A stretch of DNA of 63,986 nt, counting the filler, from Octopus bimaculoides (lineage: Eukaryota): NCBI RefSeq assembly GCF_001194135.2. It is 6 parts of 4 records of this genome, joined end to end, with 100 filler letters (N's around TTAATTAATTAA, not from the genome) between each part and the next. Parts side by side here need not be neighbours in the genome. Positions count along the whole stretch, not along the records: positions 1 to 17,008 come from NC_068981.1; 5 more parts are not named here. One strand, written 5' to 3'. Position numbers and translations under genes: made by a program. Below are positions 1 to 11,850 of the stretch, piece by piece. Numbering within the stretch: the stretch's first letter is position 1; each line of letters opens with the position of its first letter. The notes under the pieces are model-generated. The model saw only the letters and a list, made by a program, of their open reading frames with translations. It made no database searches and was not told where the DNA came from.

Positions 1-400
1 ATAGTTCTCCATTGGCTGCAACTGTCTGACTTCTACCATTCAGGAAGTCATGCAGCCACTCTCCTAATTTACCAGCTATGCCAAGGTTTCGCAGCTTGTG
101 ACATATCAAGCCATGATCAACTTTGTCAAAGGCTTTTGCAAAGTCGAGATATATCACATCAACATTTGAATGGTCAAGTAGCTGCTTCAGGACCCAGTCA
201 TAATGCTGCAAGAGCTGCGTGAGGCAGCTTCTACCTGGACGGAAACCATGCTGGGTCTCATTCAGCAAGTCATTTTCTTCTAGGAACGCAATCAATCTCC
301 TTCTGACAATTCGTTCCCAGCCTCTGCTCTGCTTCCACCTTTATGGATAGGACATATGGTGCCTTCCTTCAGATTTTTGGGAAGTTTACCATTTGTTTTA
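1..400 (-). mobile_element. Reverse transcriptase fragment of a CR1/Jockey-group LINE, running off the window edge
   Basis: Manual minus-strand translation gives WERIVRRRLIAFLEENDLLNETQHGFRPGRSCLTQLLQHYDWVLKQLLDHSNVDVIYLDFAKAFDKVDHGLICHKLRNLGIAGKLGEWLHDFLNGRSQTVAANGEL, with the QxGFRxxRSC and YLDFxKAFDxVDH RT motifs. Upstream GKLPKNLKEGTICPIHKGGSRAE lies in another frame, and the NYRPISL segment is deleted. Confidence 0.92.
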
Positions 401-715
401 TATACTTTGCAATTGCCTTGAATTTAGAGCACACATTCCGCAAATTACTTTATATGTACTTCTATAATACATAATGTTTTTAACACCAGTGAGTCTTATG
501 CGTACACTACAAATCTTTTTCTCGAAAATACTGAAATTTAGTGATTAGGTTTATGTGCATATGTACTGAATTGTTTTCCGCTGAGTTTTTTAACTTATTA
601 CTTTCAGAAAAATAGTAATTTTTGAGAATGAAATTGTCTGGAAATACCTTTTAAATGGTATAGATTCCGATTATTACGGAATTAATGTGGAAAAAGAAAA
701 TGGCGTTCACATATA

Positions 716-1137
716 GGCGTAGGAGTGGCTGTATGGTAAGTAGCTTGCTTACCAACCACATGGTTCCGGGTTCATTCCCACTGCGTGGCACCTTGGGCAA
801 GTGTCTTCTACTATAGCCTCGGGCCGACCAAAGCCTTGTGAGTGGATTTGGTTGACGGAAACTGAAAGAAGCCCGTCGTATATATGTATATGTATATATA
901 TATATGTGTGTGTGTGTTTATGCTTGTGTGTCTGTTTGTCCCCCCAGCATCATTTGACAACCGATGGTGGTGTGTTTACGTTCCCGTAACTTAGCGGTTC
1001 GGCAAAAGAGACCGATAGAATAAGTATTAGGCTTCCAAAGAATAAGTCCTGGTGTCGATTTATTCAACTAAATGCGGTGCTCCAGCATGGCCGCAGTCAG
1101 ATGATTGAAGCAAGTAAAAGAGTAAAGAGTAAAGAGT
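716..1137 (+). mobile_element. tRNA-derived SINE, family A (CORE-like body, internal TA/TG microsatellite, GAGTAAA tail), full length
   Basis: Pol III A-box-like TGGCTGTATGG and B-box-like GGTTCATTCCC, CORE-like GGCACCTTGGGCAAGT, and a (GAGTAAA)n tail. More than 12 homologous copies occur in the window. Confidence 0.9.
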
Positions 1138-1526
1138 ATACACATAATACTGACACGCATTACATGTATATCTACAAAATGAAAAAGTTCTGTGATGTGT
1201 GTCAGTATATATGTGCACGCCAACCAATTATCGAAACTCCTCTCCCTCACTCATGAAAAATTTTCTTTACAAATCCCGATGAAGTCGGAATCTACTCCAT
1301 CCGAAAGGAATTTCTAGAAAATTTCATAAAAAATTATCCATTTTTCTGAAAGTTACGAGGAAACAATGCCGGTGGAGAGGACACACTTATGTAGGCATGC
1401 CGGTTAATATCTATGTATTTTAAATGCCCTGTCTCTTGTTTTCGACGACGGAAATAACAGTTGAATCTATGCGCTTGTCGTTCTTCAAGAGTACTTCCGT
1501 GCATTGCAAAAGTATCTTTTAAAGTA

Positions 1527-2270
1527 CAGGGTGTTCGGACTAAATTTGATGATTTATTTTTGGTTTCCTTTCTTCGGGAACAACTTGATGTATTGCTAGA
1601 CAGTCAACAGCGTTGAAAAGCATAAAGATTAAAGCTGCAGTTGAGAAAAAAGCTGACGTGGAGGACTGGAAGCCATCTGCGTATTTGAAAAGGGTTACTT
1701 GTATCATGATGATTCAGGCCGGCCATCAAAATGTCGACATCATAGCTGCTGCTCAATGCTCTGTGAACACTGTAAAGGCTGGAAGAAGTGACATGGAATC
1801 ATGAAAACCAGCTTCCTCAAAACTGTGGTCTTTGGGTCTGTCTCCAGTGAGGGTGACGTCATGCCTTACATCTTTGAGCAGTGCCTAACGCTCAATCCAG
1901 ACGACTATGAAGAATATAGTCGGCTCGAGAGAGTTGCTGCTGGGAGGCCATATTTATGGCAGTAGCATTCAGACTCTTGCTAGACCTCCGGAAAGAGTCA
2001 GAAGTGGCTGTCGGAGAATTTCTACGACTTCACCATCCCCAATTTCAGGCCTCCTAATTCCCTCAATTGTAATCCCAAGGATGATTATGTGTGGGGGTGC
2101 AGTTGAGAAACACACCAAACCGCTCTGCCTGCGACACCAAGGTCGAACTGGAGGACAAGATCAAAGAGGTGTTCGAAGATCTTCCCAGGAACATAGTGAG
2201 GAATGCATGCACCAGATTCCGGAGCTATCTTGAGGCTGTGGTGGAAGCTGAGGGCGGCTACTTTGAGTAA
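1527..2270 (+). mobile_element. Decayed mariner-like DNA transposon (DD37D / maT-type transposase pseudogene, internally deleted)
   Basis: Starts TA-CAGGGTG. Translation includes VVFGSVSSEGDVMP...GRPYLWQ*HSDSC*TSGKSQKWLSENFYDFTIPNFRPPNSLNCNPKDDYVW...AVVEAEGGYFE*, with 37 residues between the mutated second D position and the third D. Stops and frameshifts are present; no right TIR found. Confidence 0.85.
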
Positions 2271-2340
2271 ATTCTTACCTCCCGGGCCCTAATCTAGTTG
2301 ATATCTTTATGATTTGTAAAAATACTTTTTAATTCAGAAA

Positions 2341-2529
2341 AAAAAAACCAACAAAAGACGAAGACAGCTGGTGTAGAAAACAAACAGATGTATTAGTATA
2401 GCGCTCGGGAAATGAAAAATTCTTTAACGTTTCGGACCTACGCTCTTCCACAGAAAGGAACACAGAAAGAAACAAGGAGAGAAAAGAGAAAAAAAAGAAT
2501 GTGTAGTGGCTAGCGATCTATCATGGCTA

Positions 2530-2530
<1 letters not shown>
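2341..2530 (-). repeat. Dispersed repeat family G, copy 1, with a hammerhead-like motif at 2421-2458
   Basis: Homologous to 53890-54070 (+) and 55020-55160 (-). Minus strand reads CCTTT CTGTGGA AGAGC GTAG GTCC GAAA CGTT AAAGA. Confidence 0.7.
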
Positions 2531-2566
<36 letters not shown>

Positions 2567-2771
2567 AAACTTCTATGTGCTTTCGGTGCGAATGGTTTTG
2601 TTATATGGTGCCGAGTTTAAAGTCCTGTAAATAATAATAATGGTATTTATATATAGACGCAGGCATGGCTTAAAGTATACAACGATCACCGTGCAATGAC
2701 TAAGGAAAATAGTCTAATAGTGGGGCATATAAGCCCTCGACAGAAAAATGTAGACTTTCCCATCTGCGTGG

Positions 2772-2802
<31 letters not shown>

Positions 2803-3898
2803 TGTATGTAGTACGTATATATTGTTAGGCATTCATCGCACATTTAGAACACATCTTTAACACAACCCAGAACGCGTTCAGCGAGGGCTCGTATTTCGTA
2901 TTTAGTATTCTGCCTCTATAAGTGAGAGTAAGTTTTACACGCAAAGATGAAAAAAATAGAATTCACTGAGTAGTGTATACTCAGGCCATGGAATATTTTA
3001 TCGTCAACTTCAATACAGATTGCTTTCTTTAACATTTGTTAAAATAATCATATTAGCATCTCAATTTGTATTATTGGCAGACAGTTAGACGTCTTATAAT
3101 TTCAAGGGATACAGTTAGAAACCATATACATAAATAAGTAAATATATATATATATANNNNNNNNNNNNNNNNNNNNNNNNNNNNNNNNNNNNNNNNNNNN
3201 NNNNNNNNNNNNNNNNNNNNNNNNNNNNNNNNNNNNNNNNNNNNNNNNNNNNNNNNNNNNNNNNNNNNNNNNNNNNNNNNNNNNNNNNNNNNNNNNNNNN
3301 NNNNNNNNNNNNNNNNNNNNNNNNNNNNNNNNNNNNNNNNNNNNNNNNNNNNNNNNNNNNNNNNNNNNNNNNNNNNNNNNNNNNNNNNNNNNNNNNNNNN
3401 NNNNNNNNNNNNNNNNNNNNNNNNNNNNNNNNNNNNNNNNNNNNNNNNNNNNNNNNNNNNNNNNNNNNNNNNNNNNNNNNNNNNNNNNNNNNNNNNNNNN
3501 NNNNNNNNNNNNNNNNNNNNNNNNNNNNNNNNNNNNNNNNNTATATGTCTATACACACACATAAGTATGCGTGCTTTATATGAAAGAAAATTGTTGTATA
3601 CAGTGCTCAGGTGCATGTATGTATGCATATATGTATGTGTATATGTATATACACACATATATGAAGGTTTCAGACAGTGACAGGTATATCTATTAACCTA
3701 TAACTATTTATAAATATATGCAATCAAAAATATAGTCATAACGGTACCATCTCGCTCGCACGTACGGATACATATACGTATAATATATATACATGCACAG
3801 ACACACATACGCACACAAACACGCACTCATGCATATATAGATAATACGCACGCACATACACATATGCATATATGTATATATGCACACATGTGTGTGCG

Positions 3899-3963
<65 letters not shown>

Positions 3964-3986
3964 ATATATATATATATATATATATA
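3899..3986. repeat. (TCTA)n(TA)n microsatellite
   Basis: Direct reading. Confidence 0.95.
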
Positions 3987-4655
3987 TTTCATTCGTAATG
4001 ATAATTCACACTTGCAGACATAAGTAATTCTCAACCCCCAGTTGCCTGACATTTTTCCAAGAGCCGCTTGATTAGGTACCACTCGAAGACGGTAAATAAC
4101 GAAATTAACGCAAGTATTCATCATAGCTTTAGAAAACGAACCTTATAATGGATTGATTTTTAATCAAATTTTCGAAACGTGTATTTTCGTGAAATTTCAT
4201 TTACTAGAATATGAATGCATAAAATCAGGGTTACATCTAGATGAACTGTTTCATATTCTGAGTAAGATAAGGCGGCGAGCAAAATGCTTACAGGCGCTTC
4301 CTCCTGTTAGTTATGTTCTGAGTTCAAATTCTGCTGAGTCCGACTTTAATTTTCATGTTCGATGAAATCGACAAGTCCCCTCCCATCAAATTTCAAATAT
4401 TATGCTCCTAGTAGAAACGATATTCTAAATAAAATAAAGATACAAGGATAAATTACGGGCATTGTCGTAGGGACGTCGAATAGAACGCTTTGCGGTAACC
4501 GTTTTAATCTTTACGATCCGAGTTGAAATCTAGTCGAGGCTAATTTTGTATTTCATGTTTTCGGGGCCTATAAATGGTAAAGTTATCCAGTACCGAGTTT
4601 GATTTTTCAATCTCTCTCTACTCTCCTCTATTTCTCTCCCTTTCTTTATGTCACA

Positions 4656-4721
<66 letters not shown>

Positions 4722-6393
4722 NNNNNNNNNNNNNNNNNNNNNNNNNNNNNNNNNNNNNNNNNNNNNNNNNNNNNNNNNNNNNNNNNNNNNNNNNNNNNNN
4801 NNNNNNNNNNNNNNNNNNNNNNNNNNNNNNNNNNNNNNNNNNNNNNNNNNNNNNNNNNNNNNNNNNNNNNNNNNNNNNNNNNNNNNNNNNNNNNNNNNNN
4901 NNNNNNNNNNNNNNNNNNNNNNNNNNNNNNNNNNNNNNNNNNNNNNNNNNNNNNNNNNNNNNNNNNNNNNNNNNNNNNNNNNNNNNNNNNNNNNNNNNNN
5001 NNNNNNNNNNNNNNNNNNNNNNNNNNNNNNNNNNNNNNNNNNNNNNNNNNNNNNNNNNNNNNNNNNNNNNNNNNNNNNNNNNNNNNNNNNNNNNNNNNNN
5101 NNNNNNNNNNNNNNNNNNNNTATATATATGTAAGATGTTTCGTTGGTTTTTGAGGTATATTCGACAGTTATTTCCAACAGGTTGAGCTGCCCCACATTGC
5201 AGCTGTTCTCTATCTAATACATTGATACTCTTCGTATCAGCGTGAAAGTATCTCACTATTCCACTGAAACATGTGCCCTTAATGCAATCCTCAAGAAAAA
5301 AATCAGCATGAAAAAATGTGCGACAATGCTGGTCTAGCCGTAGGGCTTCCCCACATTTTCCGTGAGACCAATTTCACTCAAGGCTTAGGTTAACGAGAGT
5401 CTATGGTAAAACGTAAGTAAATAGTAAAGCCAATGTTGGTTTCGACAACAAATACTCAGTTATTCGATCAATTATATCAGATAGTCTTTTACTTTACTTG
5501 AGGTCGTGTCTTAAATATTCGATAGCTGTCATCACTACCACGATTATCATCACTTCACTTATTGTTTTGAATTGAAGATGTAGGGAGATGTAATTTGTAT
5601 GTTTTCGATCTGGAAAGCAATTACCCATGCCACAATCAGTTATTAGGAGTGAATATTTTTCTTGGCTTAATTCCATCCCTATATCAGGTAAAAGCGCTGT
5701 TATTATCATTAACATGTTTCCAGCAGTTTTATGCGAGTTTCCTGTGGTGTATACTGCATTGTATTTTGGAAATGTATATTTGTGTTTGTATCTATTTTAT
5801 AGTGTTACGAGATTTGTTTTGTTCTTTCTGATGTTATATTACTGTTCCATGTGTTTGTTGTGGAGATTATGAGCAGTATGGCTTATTATTTTGTTGTGAG
5901 TAGTTATTTTGGTGGGTGGTATTTAGTATTTCGTATGTGCTGTGTCTGGTGCAATGCATTTTAGTGACAGACGTTGATTGTGCAATATATGCACTGCAGG
6001 TGTTATATTATTGGGTTCCAACTGTATAGACAGTAAATTGTGTCAGTTGTTGGTGTTATAGAGTCGTGCATGGATTATGTAAAATTATGTTCTATTATTT
6101 TATTGAGTGGAATTGAACGGAGTATGTTGTACGTGTTGTGTTATATTAATGGGTGACAACTGTATAAAATTGTAAGTTGTGCGAGCTATTGGTACTATAG
6201 TGTCATCTATAGGATAAGAACATATGTTGTATTATTTTATTTCTCGGGGATTGATTATGTGATGTGTTATTTTGTTTGATAACGATTTCGTAGAATAGAC
6301 ACTACGAGAGTTATTTTATTTTTATCCAGCGGCTATTTTTACTGGATATGCATTGTGCTCGGAAAGTATGCTGTTTGAGATATGCTTTTGTTT

Positions 6394-6960
6394 TGAAAGT
6401 GTTTTGTGTATAAAATCTGATGTACCTAGTTTAACTACTTTTCAGACTGTACATAATGCTGAGAGCCCTGTTTTGATATTTGTATTCATATATTTATTTA
6501 TATCTAATGTTCCAAGTATTATTGGTACTGTTTTATATTTCATTCTCCTTTTCATTATATTCATTTTACTTTCAAGATCCTTGTAATTTGACAGTTTCCC
6601 CATCTTCTTTAATGGAAATGTTTTCATCAGAATGGATCAAGATGTTTATAAGGGTACAATTTCTTTTGTTCTAGCCTTGATTATTATATCTCCTTTTAAT
6701 CTGGACAAGCAAGTTCCAGACGACTGCGGTCAGTGTTGTTGTGAGACAGGTTTCGGGGGTATTTATAATACGTCTCATTTGTTTTCATCTAGACTCTATC
6801 GTGCCTATGAATATAGAAGGTCTTGGGAAGCACTTAACTACATGAAACGATGTGATTAATCGATTCATTGTATTGGCTTTATAGTCTCTGCTTGATAGTA
6901 TCTTTTTCCTTATATACTTTTGCAATTATTTGGGACTTGTTATTGGTCATGGGTAGCTAA
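6394..6960 (-). mobile_element. Decayed C-terminus of an RLE-type (R4/Dong/NeSL-like) non-LTR retrotransposon ORF
   Basis: Across frameshifts: NESINHIVSCS*VLPKTFYIHRHDRV (zinc-knuckle region), GDIIIK...NCTLINILIHSDENISIKE, KLSNYKDL...YKTVPIILGTL, KVVKLGTSDFIHKTLS. These match the RPD-x-D/E...K-Y-L restriction-like endonuclease layout. Confidence 0.75.
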
Positions 6961-7228
6961 AACGAACCCTGTTACAGCTTGTCAACTGCTGAGTTCAATG
7001 TAATCAACTACGTCCTCTTAAACTTCTGGGTTTGTGTCCAAATAAAAGACAACAGCAAGAACAATAATAATAATAATGATAATAAATACATTTTTACCCA
7101 TATTATCCTCGTTAGCATGTCGGACAAAATGCTTAGCAGCCTTTCTTCTAGTTCTTTACGTTCTGAGTATCACAGGCACACATACGTATACATAGATACA
7201 TACATACGTGTGTACGTGTGTGTGTGTG

Positions 7229-7293
<65 letters not shown>

Positions 7294-7887
7294 GAGAGTG
7301 NNNNNNNNNNNNNNNNNNNNNNNNNNNNNNNNNNNNNNNNNNNNNNNNNNNNNNNNNNNNNNNNNNNNNNNNNNNNNNNNNNNNNNNNNNNNNNNNNNNN
7401 NNNNNNNNNNNNNNNNNNNNNNNNNNNNNNNNNNNNNNNNNNNNNNNNNNNNNNNNNNNNNNNNNNNNNNNNNNNNNNNNNNNNNNNNNNNNNNNNNNNN
7501 NNNNNNNNNNNNNNNNNNNNNNNNNNNNNNNNNNNNNNNNNNNNNNNNNNNNNNNNNNNNNNNNNNNNNNNNNNNNNNNNNNNNNNNNNNNNNNNNNNNN
7601 NNNNNNNNNNNNNNNNNNNNNNNNNNNNNNNNNNNNNNNNNNNNNNNNNNNNNNNNNNNNNNNNNNNNNNNNNNNNNNNNNNNNNNNNNNNNNNNNNNNN
7701 NNNNNNNNNNNNNNNNNNNNNNNNNNNNNNNNNNNNNNNNNNNNNNNNNNNNNNNNNNNNNNNNNNNNNNNNNNNNNNNNNNNNNNNNNNNNNNNNNNNN
7801 NNNNNNNNNNNNNNNNNNNNNNNNNNNNNNNNNNNNNNNNNNNNNNNNNNNNNNNNNNNNNNNNNNNNNNNNNNNNNNNNNNNNNNN

Positions 7888-7953
<66 letters not shown>

Positions 7954-8659
7954 TGTATGCATGTATATATATGTGTGTGTGTGTGTGTGTATGAATATAT
8001 ACATATATACATATGCTTACACACACACACAAACACATATATATATATAGATGAGTGTCTAGATGTGTATGTGTGTGTGCGTGCGTGTATACACACGTAT
8101 GAATGTATCTCGTTATTCTGTCAAAAAGTCATATATTTTCAATGAAATAAGCAACAGTGTATTTTTTAAAAGAGTGTTGTGCAATATATTATTATATAAT
8201 TATATATTTCTTGTAGTGTAATTGAAAAAAACTCTTTCCTCTTTTTTTTTCACTCTTTCAGGATAAATCTAATAATTCAAGAACAAACATCAAAACACAT
8301 TAATTTTCACTTAACAAACTAAAGATGTTTACTTCTTTCAAAATACTTTATTATCTTCGCTTGTGTCTGTTCTTATGACAGCCAAATTTCACATTTGATT
8401 TTAGCAACAAAACAACAAGGTATATTACTGTTCGTGCTTCATTGAAGAATAAATAGCCAAGACGGCAACGAATCGATAAGGTTGTTGTGTATGGGATAGT
8501 TCTATATGCTAGATATAGCAGATAAGTCTTCCTCAAAATCACTCTTGTATCCGATAATGTAGTGCAGTTTACAAAAAAAAAAAGAAGAAAAATGATCTTA
8601 AGTTAGTGACGTCAGGGTGACTTGGGGCTACAAAATACGACAGTAGGAACAAAACAGCG

Positions 8660-8858
8660 AGGAAGCACCTACGTGGCCCTGTGATGTGCTAGAAATAAAA
8701 CCCAAATCTCCCTCAATTCAGACTCTACGATCTTAAAAAGGACACATTGAATAATATGGTCCTATGTGCACAGCGTCTAGGTAAAAGACGGGATGGTCTG
8801 CGATGGAATGTCTCTGATCACAAGTTTGCTCGATCAGGGATGACCAGCAACAACAACA
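8660..8858 (+). repeat. Dispersed repeat family F (retroposon-like 3' end with (CAA)n tail)
   Basis: Motifs TGCTAGAAATA, AAAAGACGGGATGG and GATCAGGG recur at about 26.6-27.2, 36.5-36.7, 40.1, 40.9, 42.2 (-) and 43.9 kb. Confidence 0.6.
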
Positions 8859-9164
8859 ATAAAGTCTGAAATTTATCCAACAAAGTTGTTTTGGTCGGAC
8901 AAATTTGTGCTGTAATTAAATCTTCCTTAATCCGTGGTATTCTTAATGAAGTGCAATTAAAATCATTAAAATATTTTTAAAAAACAGGATAAGCAGATAA
9001 TTAAAACCCTTGATCGCAGTGGCATTTAACATCAATTAAGCACTTTAGCGGGTTAAGGATTCGGATCCACTCCTGATTTCTTTGCTTCATCAGTTTTCCG
9101 AAACAGTTTAATTCAGTTTAATTTTCCTTGAAGAGAATACTTGATAATTAATTTATCATTATTT

Positions 9165-9368
9165 TTATTTTTCATGTTGTTTTAGTCATTTGACTGCGGC
9201 TATACTGGGGCACCGCCTTGAAGGGTTTTGGTCGAACAAATTGACACTAGGGCTTATTACTTCTTCAAGTTTATTACTTATTCTATCGATGTCTTTTGCC
9301 GAACCGCTAGGTTACGGGGATGTAAATACACCATCACCAGTTGTTAAGTGCTGGTGGTGGGCAAGCAT

Positions 9369-9406
<38 letters not shown>

Positions 9407-9440
9407 ACACACACACACACACACGCACGCACGCACAGAT
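9165..9440 (-). mobile_element. SINE family A, 3' half with (CA)n
   Basis: Reverse-complement similarity to 960-1137. Confidence 0.8.
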
Positions 9441-9518
9441 ATATATGCACATATATATTGAGGGTATGAGAGCTATTGGTGTCAAGAAGACCCAAAAGGT
9501 GTCGGGTAACGCTAAGTT

Positions 9519-9968
9519 AGTGCTATGGATAGACCATGGTTAAGCTCTAGGTTCGATAGTGATACGAATGATTAGTCCAACGTGGGTCATGTATTAGCAT
9601 GCTTATATAAATTGACAGAATGAGATATAAAATCCAAGGCTGTAAATAGTTTTCAGAACATTTATAAAGAAAAAAGCTTTACAACTGTTTCCAGGATATT
9701 TTATACATCCCTTCATCAGAGACGGTGCAAGAAAATGTTTGAGTATTAATTATTGGAGAAAAGATATGAAATACAGAAGAAGAGAATGAGAATAGAAGTG
9801 AGATATATAAGGATATTGTATTTGCAGTTTCATTATTCAAGTACAATGGTGTATATAAGTTGTGAACACGTTTCCTGTACCTTGTGTGTGAGTTCCAATG
9901 GTAGTTATATTTGGTCATTCCAAGCATAGAGCCTTATAAACAGTGCTGTTCAATCGAGGGTTTTTTTT
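9519..9968 (-). mobile_element. Dispersed repeat family H (Penelope-like / retrozyme-like) carrying a type-I hammerhead motif
   Basis: Co-linear homology with 28415-28862 over about 450 bp; contains the ribozyme motif at 9677-9723. Confidence 0.65.
9677..9723 (-). ncRNA. Minimal type-I hammerhead ribozyme motif
   Basis: Minus strand: GTCT CTGATGA A GGGATGT ATAAA ATATCCT G GAAA CAGTTG TA AAG. This gives an intact CUGAUGA/GAAA core, a 7-bp stem II, a near-palindromic stem III (ACAGUUGU; ACAGCUGU in the 29.0 kb copy) and a GUA cleavage triplet at 9682-9680. Confidence 0.7.
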
Positions 9969-10184
9969 TGGTGTGAATTAAAATTTGGGAATGCGTTTGT
10001 AATATTAATGGATTGATGGAGGGAGGAGAGATGTGTATGATTAGAAAGAGGAGATAGGTCAAATCAAAAACAGGAAGAAAATGGGATGAAGAAGAAAAAA
10101 GAAAAAAGGAGGGAGACAAAAAGAAATGAAGAAAGAGAGAACGAAATGAAATGAGGGTGTGTTAGTTAGTGGTTAGGATAAAAT

Positions 10185-10395
10185 GAGGGGCTAAACATAG
10201 AGGGACAAACAAGGACAGACAAAGGAATTAAGTCGATTACATCGACCCAGTGCATAACAGGTACTTATTTAATCGACTCTGAAAGGATGAAAGGCAAAGT
10301 CGACTTCGGCGGAATTTGAACTCAGAATGTAAAGACAGACGAAATACAGCGAAGCATTTCGCCAGGCGTGCTAACGTTTCTGCCAGCTCGCCGCC

Positions 10396-10448
<53 letters not shown>
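10185..10448 (-). mobile_element. tRNA-derived SINE, family B (Meta/MESC-like central domain), with adjacent (TAA)n
   Basis: Reverse complement of the 15380-15613 copy. Shares GTCGACTTTGCCTTTCATCCTTTC...TAAGTACC. Confidence 0.85.
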
Positions 10449-10449
<1 letters not shown>

Positions 10450-11679
10450 TAAAATGTTTTGGTGCGTGATTTTTTGCCCACCCTATATATTGTATTCAGT
10501 TTGGGTGTTTTACATGCTTCAAATGTTTGACGTATGTATGTATCTTCTATAGATAAATAATCCTTTATTTAATGTTTTCCCTCTCTTGTATGGTATTTGT
10601 ATGCAGTAATGGTTATATATTGCTCATTGAGAAAAATAATAATTTTTCTTATACTTATTTCCACATCAGATCCTAGAGATATGGAAACGCAACGCAGCAT
10701 TTCCGACTAACAGCTATAATTCATTTTCTTATCCTATAATAAATGCTATAATGGGGCTTCCATAGAATGCATGCTGTGACTGACCAGATGCAAATCAGAT
10801 AATTACATATTTTCTTGAAGCAACCTGTATAAATGGACATGGTGTGGTGTTTACAGTTCTAATTGGCTTTTCTTCATAGTTTTTGCATGGAATTCTGGAA
10901 CTGAAAATATCTTGAATTTCGTTGATTATTTCTCAAATGAGAAACAAGTGATGTTCTATGTTGGAAATAACACAGATATTTATTCTTTGGTATTATTTTG
11001 AAACTGTCTTTATTTTTTGTTTCGTTAGACAATAATGATATAAGACTTTAAAGTAGTTTGATTAAAAATATTAGGATAGGATATACGATAGAGGTTTCTA
11101 ATAATTACATGTTTCCCTTGAGTTTTTAGTTTTCTTCGAATTGAAAAATTCTCTCTCGGAATGTAAAGCAATTTAAGGTAACTGCTAGACGGGAAAATGC
11201 TTGATAAATGATAATCATTTGTAGTTGATTAGTAGAAAGAAACAGTTGGAGATACAACGACTATAACTCGGAGATATTTAGAGTCTACAGGTATAACACT
11301 TCACAAGAATATGGATATATGATACATACTTGTAGGTCTGGATATAAAAGAAATTTCAGCATCAATCGTTTATTTTATACATTATAGGAAGGACATTTAT
11401 TTGTTCAATGTAATTATGAATTTGGTTAATATTTTGTAATAATATATTTGAAGTAGATTTATATTTGCCTACATTTTGCTACAAAGGCGGAATCCAAGCC
11501 CAATGGTAGCGTTTCCTTGTATTTCGAGGATGGGGAAAGAATACTTTATTTTACTATGCCTCAGCTCATTCAGCTGTGAGGAATAAGAGCCAGATGATCT
11601 GAGATATTTTTTTGATTTTTCTGATGGCTTGTTGAGGAGGAAGAGAGTATCATGCCTATGGACTTGGAAACTCTCTGTG

Positions 11680-11850
11680 GCGTGGTTAATGTGCCTCCTG
11701 AACAGTGCAAGCTGATGGCTGCAAGAAAAATTACAAAGATGGAGGGAATTCCAGATGGAATACTTTATGGGCAAGAAGGACTGGGCGGAGTGACCACTAT
11801 GAGATATGGGAATAGGGAGGCAACATTCTTCACGCGTCTCTCTTATTGCT
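11680..11850 (-). mobile_element. Highly decayed LINE ORF2 C-terminal fragment (Jockey/CR1 group)
   Basis: HSAQSFLPIKYSIWNSLHLCNFSCSHQLALFRRHINH resembles the terminal SFFPRxxxxWNSLP...FKRxIN motif. Confidence 0.45.

Noticed and set aside
716-800. tRNA-like A/B boxes in SINE heads
   Set aside because: They lack a complete cloverleaf and are followed by SINE bodies, so they are not tRNA genes.
1270-1322. CCGATGA...GAAA hammerhead-like string
   Set aside because: Core mutated, stem II pairs poorly, stem I only 2 bp, and no second copy.
6585-6635. Minus-strand CTGATGA...GAAACTGTC
   Set aside because: No stem II; it lies within the RLE coding remnant and is probably coincidental.
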